Shown here one piece after another: positions 49,560-57,470 of a DNA stretch of 64,000 bases. The number at the start of each line of letters is the position of its first letter. The first letter of the stretch is position 1. A program made the position numbers and the translations under genes. The stretch is from NCBI GenBank assembly GCA_019744845.1, contig JAIETW010000002.1:69759-133758 (forward strand), written 5' to 3'. The notes beneath the pieces were generated by a model. That model did no database searches. It was given only the letters and a program-made list of their open reading frames with translations, and was not told the origin of the DNA. Origin of the DNA: Patescibacteria group bacterium. Lineage in GTDB: Bacteria > Patescibacteriota > Minisyncoccia > Phycocordibacterales > Phycocordibacteraceae.

Positions 49560-50147
49560 ATGTCGTGCCTCATTCTCGGCGTTGATGAGGCAGGCCGTGG
49601 ACCGCTCGCAGGTCCCGTTGCGGTGGGTGTCGTATTGGTAGAAGAGGGATTTGATCTTCTTGCGACGTTTCCGTACCTCAATGATTCTAAGAAGCTTTCT
49701 GAGAAAAAGCGCGAAGCAATCTTTGAGCAGCTTTTGGTATGTGAAAAAGAGGGAAGTGTATCGTTTTGTGTGAAGTCGGTAGATGCGGCAACCATTGATA
49801 AAGCAGGGATCAGTCCCTCAGTACGCAGCGCGGTACATGCCGGTATTCGCGCGCTTACGCCAGATCCTACGGGAGTGAAGGTGTATTTAGATGGTCTTCT
49901 TCACGCGCCAAATGAGTATGAACAGGAGACAGTGGTCGGAGGAGATGCGCTCATACCTGCGATCATGCTCGCCTCTATTGCAGCGAAGGTCTCTCGGGAC
50001 CGTTTGATGGTCCGATTGGCAGAGGAATATCCGGAGTATGGGTTTGAGGCCCATAAGGGGTACGGCACGAAGGCGCACCAGGCTGCCATCCGTACCCACG
50101 GTCTTTCACCGCTGCACCGGAGGAGCTTTTGTCGGGCATTTGCCTAG
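49560..50147 (+). CDS. rnhB: Ribonuclease HII
   Basis: GVDEAGRGPLAGPV, DSKKL, HKGYGT. Confidence 0.95.
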   Translation: MSCLILGVDEAGRGPLAGPVAVGVVLVEEGFDLLATFPYLNDSKKLSEKKREAIFEQLLVCEKEGSVSFCVKSVDAATIDKAGISPSVRSAVHAGIRALTPDPTGVKVYLDGLLHAPNEYEQETVVGGDALIPAIMLASIAAKVSRDRLMVRLAEEYPEYGFEAHKGYGTKAHQAAIRTHGLSPLHRRSFCRAFA

Positions 50148-50189
50148 GCCCCGTTGCGGGAAACGGCTATATACGGTAAGGTAGCGCCT

Positions 50190-50534
50190 ATGTCTGTACG
50201 AATGCGCCACACGAGCTCCCACACGAAGAATCGTCGGAGTCATCATGCCCTTAAGAACAAGAAAATAGTGACGGATAAGGAGACCGGAAATCTCCGTCTT
50301 CCGCACCGTCTTGATGAAAAGACCGGTATGTACCGCGGTAAGCTTATCGTCCCTCCAAAGGTAAAGAAGGCAAAGAAGGACTATGCTAAGGCGGATAAGA
50401 TCGGCCCTGCAGAAGGAAAGGTGCACCTAGAAAAGGTAGATGAGCCAAAGATAGAGAAGAAGGAAAAGGGTCTTCTCGGTCGCATGACCAAAGGAAAGGC
50501 AAAGGCACGTTCAGGAATGGGAGGAGGAGTATAA
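50190..50534 (+). CDS. rpmF: 50S ribosomal protein L32 (Cys-free) with long basic C-terminal extension
   Basis: RRSHHAL...PHR....GMYRGK. Confidence 0.85.
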   Translation: MSVRMRHTSSHTKNRRSHHALKNKKIVTDKETGNLRLPHRLDEKTGMYRGKLIVPPKVKKAKKDYAKADKIGPAEGKVHLEKVDEPKIEKKEKGLLGRMTKGKAKARSGMGGGV

Positions 50535-50555
50535 ATCCTGTCCCCACTGTACACA

Positions 50556-50582
50556 GGCCCACGCACGTGCGTGGGCTTTTTT
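50556..50582 (+). terminator. Rho-independent terminator
   Basis: gcccacgc...gcgtgggc followed by a T run. Confidence 0.8.
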
Positions 50583-50614
50583 GTCTGGTACTCTCATGAG
50601 AGTTCTTTCTATAT

Positions 50615-51514
50615 ATGGCCAATCGGCATCTCGCGCGTTCTCTTGTCCTTCAGTCCCTCTTTGAGTGGGATACGGCAGGTGTGCCTGTAGCGGAGGTGAA
50701 GAACATCCTTGCGCGTAACACCCGTGAGTTTGGAGGGGATGATACTGAAGGGCCATTTATGGAATCTCTCCTTGAAGGCGTGCTCGCAAAGCACGACGAT
50801 CTAGATTTGATTATTCAGAAGGCGGCACCCGACTGGCCGTTGAATCGCATTGCACCGATTGACCGAAACATTCTTCGGTTGGGACTCTATGAGCTTTTGT
50901 TTGCGGACCGTGACCAGGTACCACCGAAGGTGGCAATCAACGAAGCAATTGAGCTTGCAAAGATCTTTGGCGGGGAATCGTCAGGACGTTTTATTAACGG
51001 CGTGCTCGGTGCCGTGTACAAGGAGATGGGTGAGCCAGGAAAGGAAGATGGCGCTAAGAAGAAGGAGCGGATAGATCCGCGCACGCTTCCGGTGGAAGAA
51101 CTTGCAGGTGCGATCGTGTACGCGCCACACGAGGGTCAGTGCTACGTGGCACTGGTGCATGACGTCTTTGGACGCTGGACTCTGTCTAAGGGGCACATCA
51201 ATGAAGAAGAGACTCCGCAGCAGGGTGTGATTCGTGTGATTCAGGAGGAGCTTGGACTCACCGGTACGGTAGAAGAAGTGGTGGGAGAGAACGAATACAT
51301 CGCCTCACACCCTGAGAAAGGGAAGGTCCGTAAGCACGTGTACTTCTTTTTGGTAAAGACCGAGTTCTCAAAACTCTCTTTGAAGCAGAGTGGAGGCCTT
51401 GATGATGCCCGCTGGTTCCGGCTTGCGGATATTCGGGCCCTTAACTTCTACGACGACATGCTCCCAATCGTCACCTCGGCCGTCCAAAAGCTCCTTGATA
51501 AGGCTTTGAAGTAG
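50615..51514 (+). CDS. nusB: NusB fused to a C-terminal Nudix-fold domain
   Basis: RHLAR..LQSLFE, DRNILRLG, VAINEAIELAK, FINGVLG; WTLSKG...EELGL. Confidence 0.9.
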   Translation: MANRHLARSLVLQSLFEWDTAGVPVAEVKNILARNTREFGGDDTEGPFMESLLEGVLAKHDDLDLIIQKAAPDWPLNRIAPIDRNILRLGLYELLFADRDQVPPKVAINEAIELAKIFGGESSGRFINGVLGAVYKEMGEPGKEDGAKKKERIDPRTLPVEELAGAIVYAPHEGQCYVALVHDVFGRWTLSKGHINEEETPQQGVIRVIQEELGLTGTVEEVVGENEYIASHPEKGKVRKHVYFFLVKTEFSKLSLKQSGGLDDARWFRLADIRALNFYDDMLPIVTSAVQKLLDKALK

Positions 51515-51535
51515 TTGGGGTATACTCCCTGATAT

Positions 51536-52219
51536 ATGGAGTTTACTGACGCCGCAGAGAAGCTAGGGCTTCCGTTTCGTGATCTCGCGCTTCTAGAGGA
51601 GGCGCTCACGCACCGTTCCTATCTGAATGAGAATAGAAGCTCCAAGGCACACAATGAGCGCCTTGAGTTTCTTGGGGATGCAGTGCTTGAGCTTGCGACG
51701 ACACGCTTTCTTTTTGATAAGTTTCCAAAGAAACCAGAAGGGGAATTGACCGCGTATCGTGCCGCACTCGTGAATACGTATTCCATTGCTGCCGTGGCGC
51801 AGGAGCTTGGGGTAAACGACATGCTCCTTCTTTCAAAGGGAGAGAAACGGGATACGGGACGTGCGCGTCAGATCATTCTTGCGAACGCGTTTGAAGCAAT
51901 TGTGGGTGCGGTCTATCTTGACCAGGGGTATGACGCGGCAGAAGTATTTCTTGCGAAGCATCTCTATCCAAAACTAGAGAGTGTGCTTGAAGAGCGAAGC
52001 TATCAGGATGCAAAGAGTCGTTTCCAAGAACTCGCCCAGGAACATGATGGGGTGACGCCGAAGTACAAGACACTAGAGGAGACGGGACCTGACCACGACC
52101 GTCAGTTCACGGTCGGTGTATTTATAGGAGATGAGGAGATTGCGCAGGGAGAAGGGAAGAGCAAGCAGGAGGCAGAGCAGGATGCAGCCAAGAAGGGGTT
52201 AGAGAAGAAGAAGTGGTAG
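51536..52219 (+). CDS. rnc: Ribonuclease III
   Basis: HNERLEFLGDAVL, dsRBD. Confidence 0.96.
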   Translation: MEFTDAAEKLGLPFRDLALLEEALTHRSYLNENRSSKAHNERLEFLGDAVLELATTRFLFDKFPKKPEGELTAYRAALVNTYSIAAVAQELGVNDMLLLSKGEKRDTGRARQIILANAFEAIVGAVYLDQGYDAAEVFLAKHLYPKLESVLEERSYQDAKSRFQELAQEHDGVTPKYKTLEETGPDHDRQFTVGVFIGDEEIAQGEGKSKQEAEQDAAKKGLEKKKW

Positions 52220-52245
52220 GTTCGAGTCCTGGACAGCCAGCACGT
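52219..52245 (+). repeat. Repeat copy R1 / tRNA-Gln-like 3' fragment
   Basis: GGTTCGAGTCCTGGACAGCCAGCACGT. Confidence 0.7.
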
Positions 52246-52259
52246 GATAGCATTACTTC

Positions 52260-52754
52260 ATGAGTGAGCCGACGTTCCCAACACCCAAGCAGCCCGTGCC
52301 TACCGAAGTACCAGAAGAGGCGACCTCACGCGTTTTGCAAGACGTCTTCACTAGTTACTTATTTGATCTAAACGACGCAGGTGGGTCTAGTTCAACCGCT
52401 ACAAGCGCGATTTTCTATCGCTCAAAACTTCCTAGAGTGCTGGCAAGACAGATGGGAGCGATGTCAGGGTTACGCGCCGCCCTCCATGATCCCAGAGTAT
52501 CCAGGGCGAAAGCAGACTCTCTTCCCCCCGCCTACTTCGACAATCTTGATCAGATTATATTGTTCTTTACGCAAGCAGCCCATGACGAAGGTCTGCAAGA
52601 CAAGCTTTGGGCAAAAATGTGCGCAATTTGTGAACTTCCTCCAGAAACAAAGGAAATCCAGTTTAGTCAGGTTTTTGACACACTTAGAGCCAAGGGCTAC
52701 GGGCAATTAAAGATAGATAAGCGTGATGGCAGCAATTCATCTGAGGAGACATAG
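52260..52754 (+). CDS. Hypothetical protein (cassette 1)
   Basis: ORF bounded by R1 and R2; TAGCAT 6 nt before the ATG. Confidence 0.6.
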   Translation: MSEPTFPTPKQPVPTEVPEEATSRVLQDVFTSYLFDLNDAGGSSSTATSAIFYRSKLPRVLARQMGAMSGLRAALHDPRVSRAKADSLPPAYFDNLDQIILFFTQAAHDEGLQDKLWAKMCAICELPPETKEIQFSQVFDTLRAKGYGQLKIDKRDGSNSSEET

Positions 52755-52784
52755 GGTTCCAACATCGTCCAAGACAGCCAGCAC
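52755..52784 (+). repeat. Repeat copy R2
   Basis: GGTTCCAACATCGTCCAAGACAGCCAGCAC. Confidence 0.9.
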
Positions 52785-52799
52785 TGATATACTCGTTTT

Positions 52800-53357
52800 A
52801 TGAAAGTAATACTTTTTGACTTCTTTGGAGTGTTCTCCACCCCTGTATATAAAAAAGTAATAGATACATACATCCCTGAGTCAGAACGAGAGACATGGAT
52901 GAAGAAGCTTGATGTGCTTGATACTGGTGAACTTTCGGAAGAAGATTTGCGCAAGCAACTTGCCGAAAGAGCCGGAGTGGAAGAAGGTGAAATACGCGCA
53001 GCCGTTGATGGCGCACCAGTGCGAAATACTGAGCTCTTTAACTATGTTGAAGAGAATCTAAAAGGGAAGTATGTAGTCGGCTTGCTGACCAATATTCCAC
53101 GTTCTCTATTTGAAAGAATAGCCGCAGATAAGGCGTCGCTTTTTGATCCGCTCCTTATTTCATCTGACTTAAAACTTATTAAACCAAGTAGAGAAATATT
53201 TGAAGAAGCAATTCGTAGATGTGGTGTCCTGCCAGAAGAAATACTGTTCATAGACGACGGAGAAAAGAATATTGCTGCTGCCAAAGCGGTTGGACTAAAT
53301 GGCTTTGTCTATACGGACTTTCCCTCGTTTTTAGAAAACATAGCTCCTTATTTGTAG
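52800..53357 (+). CDS. HAD-superfamily phosphatase (cassette 2)
   Basis: FDFFGV, LLTN, KP, FIDD...N. Confidence 0.88.
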   Translation: MKVILFDFFGVFSTPVYKKVIDTYIPESERETWMKKLDVLDTGELSEEDLRKQLAERAGVEEGEIRAAVDGAPVRNTELFNYVEENLKGKYVVGLLTNIPRSLFERIAADKASLFDPLLISSDLKLIKPSREIFEEAIRRCGVLPEEILFIDDGEKNIAAAKAVGLNGFVYTDFPSFLENIAPYL

Positions 53358-53358
53358 G

Positions 53359-53393
53359 AAGGTGGTTCCAACATCGTCCAAGACAGCCAGCCA
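53359..53393 (+). repeat. Repeat copy R3
   Basis: AAGGTGGTTCCAACATCGTCCAAGACAGCCAGCCA. Confidence 0.9.
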
Positions 53394-53408
53394 AGCTATA
53401 CTTTTCCC

Positions 53409-53711
53409 ATGCTTGATAGTTTTCTTCTAACTAGACTCAAGAAAACAAATTACCCGCTCTATGTACTATGGCGGGCGATTCTTCATGTCGCTAGCTCCCT
53501 GGTTCTTCTCTTCGTTTCGCACCTTGTGGCGTTAGAGTACGGGTATAATGCGCCCGCGTACGTATTTGCCGCATTGCTTATTTTCATAACCTACCTAGAG
53601 TTTTATCTGCATCCAAAGCTCTATCACCAAAAGCTCTCAAAAGGCATCATAGATTGGCTCTCCTGGATCCTACCGTTCATACTGTATTTTCTCTTTCTTG
53701 GAATCCTGTAA
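53409..53711 (+). CDS. Small 3-TM membrane protein (cassette 3)
   Basis: Hydrophobic 100-aa ORF bounded by R3 and R4. Confidence 0.65.
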   Translation: MLDSFLLTRLKKTNYPLYVLWRAILHVASSLVLLFVSHLVALEYGYNAPAYVFAALLIFITYLEFYLHPKLYHQKLSKGIIDWLSWILPFILYFLFLGIL

Positions 53712-53748
53712 AGGTGGTTCCAACATCGTCCAGAGACAGCCAGCACGT
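53711..53748 (+). repeat. Repeat copy R4
   Basis: AAGGTGGTTCCAACATCGTCCAGAGACAGCCAGCACGT. Confidence 0.9.
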
Positions 53749-53751
53749 ATT

Positions 53752-54462
53752 TCAATTCTCTCGCTTTGTGCCAATAAGCACTTTGCGAAGGAGGGGGCTC
53801 ATGAGTCCAACCAGTAAACCAAGCAACAAAAGCCCCACAAAACGTCCCAATATCATAACGGCTTTTCCCGCTTCGGTTGCAGGCTCGGAATACGGCACGT
53901 CTCCAAGAATGATCAGAAGCGACCAGAACATGCCAGACGGTATGTCGTGTGCACTTGATCCAGCACCCTCGAATATATAGAGCAAGGTGCCTAGCAACAA
54001 AAGCGCTATGAGCATAGCGACAAAATAAATTTGAATATTCACGATATAGAGCGAACGTTCTCCGTGATGCTGTTCTATTCTGGCAACCTTTGCGAGCCGT
54101 ATCATCCTTAGGAGGCGAAGAATACGGAGTGCGCGTGTCGTTTTAAGAAACGTAAAGTTCCCAAGCGCAAGGAGTGAAGGAAGAATAGCCAACAAGTCTA
54201 TAATGCCGAAGAAGCTGAAGATGTATCGGAACTTGGCACGTGCGATATAGACACGCGCACCATATTCCGTAAGAAAACATACGACACTTATCCATTCAAT
54301 TGCTTTGAAGATTGCATGATACTCACTCAGTGACGGCACTGTCTCAAGAACAAGGGCAAGAACGGAGGCGATTGTGAGAAACGCCAGAAAGTCGTTAACG
54401 ATGATGAAAAGTCGTGATTGTGGATTTTCAAGTGCGTTGCGAAGTGCGTTCCCAGAGTTCAT
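53752..54462 (-). CDS. Voltage-gated ion channel (Ion_trans) family protein
   Basis: EYGAR, IIDLLAILP, S4 RALRILRLLRMIRLAK, pore-helix region. Confidence 0.85.
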   Translation of the reverse strand: MNSGNALRNALENPQSRLFIIVNDFLAFLTIASVLALVLETVPSLSEYHAIFKAIEWISVVCFLTEYGARVYIARAKFRYIFSFFGIIDLLAILPSLLALGNFTFLKTTRALRILRLLRMIRLAKVARIEQHHGERSLYIVNIQIYFVAMLIALLLLGTLLYIFEGAGSSAHDIPSGMFWSLLIILGDVPYSEPATEAGKAVMILGRFVGLLLLGLLVGLMSPLLRKVLIGTKREN

Positions 54463-54533
54463 ATGGTAGATAAACTATAACACTTGCCGCTATGTGGAGA
54501 GACAGTCTGTAAGTTGGTTGTATACTGTTCTCT

Positions 54534-54851
54534 ATGTCTGAAGATCTAAAACAGTCAGGTGAAGCCCTTCCCAAGGAGCTTCAAAATCTTATTACCACAT
54601 ACGAGGGAGCCTCAGAAGATCGTTGGATTGAATGGTCCAAAGAGTGGGATCTAGAAACCACTCGCCTTATCAGAAATACGGCCGTCGCCGTGCTGCAGCT
54701 TGGGGAAGAGAGCAGAAAAGCAAAACGCAAAGAGGGCATTGACCTTCATAACGATGGATCTCCAGAGTCTGCACTTACCGCTCCTCTGTTCTTTATTTCT
54801 GAAGCCGCATTGAAGCGCATTGAGTCGGGCCTCAACCAAGTCATCACCTAA
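54534..54851 (+). CDS. Hypothetical protein
   Basis: 105-aa ORF with TATACT 7 nt upstream. Confidence 0.55.
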   Translation: MSEDLKQSGEALPKELQNLITTYEGASEDRWIEWSKEWDLETTRLIRNTAVAVLQLGEESRKAKRKEGIDLHNDGSPESALTAPLFFISEAALKRIESGLNQVIT

Positions 54852-54882
54852 GACTGCGTCGGTAGGGTATAATTTTGAGTAA

Positions 54883-57072
54883 ATGTTGAAGCGACTAGAA
54901 ATCGCCGGATTCAAATCATTCGCGAAGAAAACTTCGCTTGATTTCTCGTCGTCGGTAACCGCAATTGTGGGCCCAAACGGTTCTGGTAAATCAAACGTCG
55001 CTGAAGCCTTTCGTTTTGCACTTGGTGAGCAGTCTATGAAAAGCATGCGTGGAAAGCGCAGTGAGGATCTTATCTGGAGCGGGTCTAACACCTCTCCTCG
55101 TTCTAACCGCGCGTCTGTTGCGGTGGTGTTTGATAACCGAAAGAAGATTTTCCCAAAGATGGAGTTTGATGAGGTGTCTATTGAGCGCGCCGTATTCCGC
55201 GATGGTGCGAGCGAATATTCAGTGAACGGATCTAAAGTACGCCTTCGTGATGTGCAGGAACTCCTTGCAAGCGCCAACATTGGTGACACGGGGCACCACA
55301 TCATTTCGCAAGGAGAAGCAGATCGTATTCTTCTCTCTGCACCTCGCGAACGTCGTGCCATGCTTGAGGATGCACTTGGTCTTCGTGTCTTTGAATTTAA
55401 GAAACAAGAGGCAGAGAAGAAGCTTGAGAAGACGGAAGAGAATGTAAAGCAAGTGGAGGCACTTCGTCGGGAGATTCTTCCGCATATTAAATTCCTTTCA
55501 AAGCAGGTGGAGAAGCTGGAGCGTGCAGAAGAACTCATTAAAGAGCTCACCGCTGCCGCGCGTGAATACTTTGCAATAGAAGAGCTCTACATTCGCTCAG
55601 AGAAAGCGACGTCTACCACGCGTCTTAAAGATGCGACAGAGCGTCTTGCAACTGTGTCTGCAGAACTCGCACCACTCCAAGACCGTGCCGCTATGGATTC
55701 TGAGGGAATGAAGCGTGCAGAAGCCGTACGGAATGCTGAGCGTGAGCTTGATCGTGCACTTGGGGAACACGCCACACTGTCTCGTGAGATTGGACGCATA
55801 GAGGGTGCACTTGAAGGAGCACGTAAGCGCGCAGACGCTGCTGCGCAAGAGCCATACGTGAAGGTATCTCGTGAAGACCTGTCTGCATTGAAGAGTGAAG
55901 TAGAGGCACAGACACGCATTGGAGATGGGAGCCCTGAAGCGATTCGTGCTGCCTTCATGGCCATTAAGTCTGCCCTCACAGCGTTCTTTGACCGCTTTGC
56001 AGGAGGAAGTGAGCGAATGGCGGAAGAAGAGCGTGAAGTGTATGCGCTAGAAGAAGAGAGGAAGAATCTCGTGGCGCGTGAAGAAGAACTTGCTGCTGCG
56101 TCTGAGAAAGCTCGCCACGCGCTCGTTCGTGCACGTGAAGAGTCTGCTGCGCACGAGGAGACCGGACGTGAGAATCAGTATCGTGTGCTTGATATGGCAG
56201 AAGCTAAAGCACGGGAGGAAGCAACGGTCGCTCGAGAAGAGGGTCGCCAGCGTGAACTCGCTATGCTTGCAGAAGAGCTTGAGCGTGACCGTGCGGAAGT
56301 CATGGCGCTTGCAGGCACTGCGGCACTTTCATACGCGCCCCTGTCTTCACTTCCAGAGGAAGAACGTCGTGTGCAGGAAGATCGTAAGCGCAGTATGGAG
56401 CGTCTTAAGATTCGCGTAGAAGAAGCGGGAGGAACCGGAGAGGACGTGCGTGCTGAATACAATGACGCGACTGAACGTGAGCAGTTCCTTACCCGTGAGC
56501 TTGAGGATCTTGCGAAGTCTGCCGAAGGACTCCGTGCTCTTATCAGTGATCTTGATGAGGAGCTTGGAAAGACTTTTGCGGAAGGGCTTGCCAAGGTGAA
56601 CGCATCGTTCACTGAATTCTTTGCAATTATGTTCGGAGGAGGAAGTGCACGTTTGATACTTGAAGAACCAGAGGAACCAGATGAGGAGGATGAAGAAGGA
56701 GTAGTACGCGAAGGGAAGCCAGGCATTGAAATTGCAGTGAATCTTCCAAAGAAGCGGGTGCAGGCACTCATGCAGCTTTCTGGAGGAGAGCGTGCCTTGA
56801 CCAGCATCGCGCTTATCTTTGCGATGAGTCAGGTGAATCCGCCCCCATTCCTTATTCTTGATGAAACGGATGCCGCACTTGATGAGGCGAACTCTCGCCG
56901 CTATGGCGACATGATTGAAGGACTGGCGAAGAAATCACAGCTCGTCGTCATTACCCACAATCGTGAGACCATGAGCCGTGCAGGTATACTCTACGGAGTC
57001 ACCATGGGAAATGATGGAATTAGTAAGTTGTTATCCGTTAAATTTGAAGAAGCGATGATGGTCGCTAAATAG
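54883..57072 (+). CDS. smc: SMC-family ATPase, short form
   Basis: GFKSF, GPNGSGKSN, LSGGE, LDETDAALD, ITH. Confidence 0.88.
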   Translation: MLKRLEIAGFKSFAKKTSLDFSSSVTAIVGPNGSGKSNVAEAFRFALGEQSMKSMRGKRSEDLIWSGSNTSPRSNRASVAVVFDNRKKIFPKMEFDEVSIERAVFRDGASEYSVNGSKVRLRDVQELLASANIGDTGHHIISQGEADRILLSAPRERRAMLEDALGLRVFEFKKQEAEKKLEKTEENVKQVEALRREILPHIKFLSKQVEKLERAEELIKELTAAAREYFAIEELYIRSEKATSTTRLKDATERLATVSAELAPLQDRAAMDSEGMKRAEAVRNAERELDRALGEHATLSREIGRIEGALEGARKRADAAAQEPYVKVSREDLSALKSEVEAQTRIGDGSPEAIRAAFMAIKSALTAFFDRFAGGSERMAEEEREVYALEEERKNLVAREEELAAASEKARHALVRAREESAAHEETGRENQYRVLDMAEAKAREEATVAREEGRQRELAMLAEELERDRAEVMALAGTAALSYAPLSSLPEEERRVQEDRKRSMERLKIRVEEAGGTGEDVRAEYNDATEREQFLTRELEDLAKSAEGLRALISDLDEELGKTFAEGLAKVNASFTEFFAIMFGGGSARLILEEPEEPDEEDEEGVVREGKPGIEIAVNLPKKRVQALMQLSGGERALTSIALIFAMSQVNPPPFLILDETDAALDEANSRRYGDMIEGLAKKSQLVVITHNRETMSRAGILYGVTMGNDGISKLLSVKFEEAMMVAK

Positions 57073-57074
57073 GT

Positions 57075-57422
57075 ATGCCCCTACATACTGGAAGTTGTCA
57101 TTGTCAGAATGTGCGTTATGAGGTGGATATAGATCTGACGCAGCCAGTGATTGAGTGCAATTGCTCATACTGTGAGCCAAAAGGATTTCTTCTTTCATTT
57201 GTACCTGCAGCATCTTTCTCTGCACAAGGAGAGGAGAATCTTACCGAATATCGCTTTAATACTGAGAAGCTCCAGCATCTCTTTTGTAAGACCTGTGGCG
57301 TGCAGCCATTTTGTCGTGGTGAGGGTAAGGCTGGTCCTACGGTCGCGGTGAACGTCCGAACCATTGATGGCATAGAGCTTGGGAATCTGACCCGTCTCCC
57401 GTTTGATGGCAGGAGTGCCTAG
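57075..57422 (+). CDS. GFA family protein
   Basis: GSCHC, CNCSYC, FCKTCG. Confidence 0.9.
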   Translation: MPLHTGSCHCQNVRYEVDIDLTQPVIECNCSYCEPKGFLLSFVPAASFSAQGEENLTEYRFNTEKLQHLFCKTCGVQPFCRGEGKAGPTVAVNVRTIDGIELGNLTRLPFDGRSA

Positions 57423-57470
57423 ATATCCCCAGGTCTAAATGGAATAACAGGCGTATGCTATATCCCAACC

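Noticed and set aside
52219-53748. CRISPR array
   Set aside because: The intervals between repeats are about 350-600 bp and contain whole genes; there are no cas genes.
52755-53748. Integron attC sites
   Set aside because: The repeats are too short, lack the RYYYAAC...GTTRRRY order and long imperfect palindrome, and no intI is in the window.
54498-54511. Fifth copy of the cassette repeat (AGAGACAGTCTGTA)
   Set aside because: Only about 8 contiguous nt match and the GGTTC/GTCC part is missing; too weak to call.
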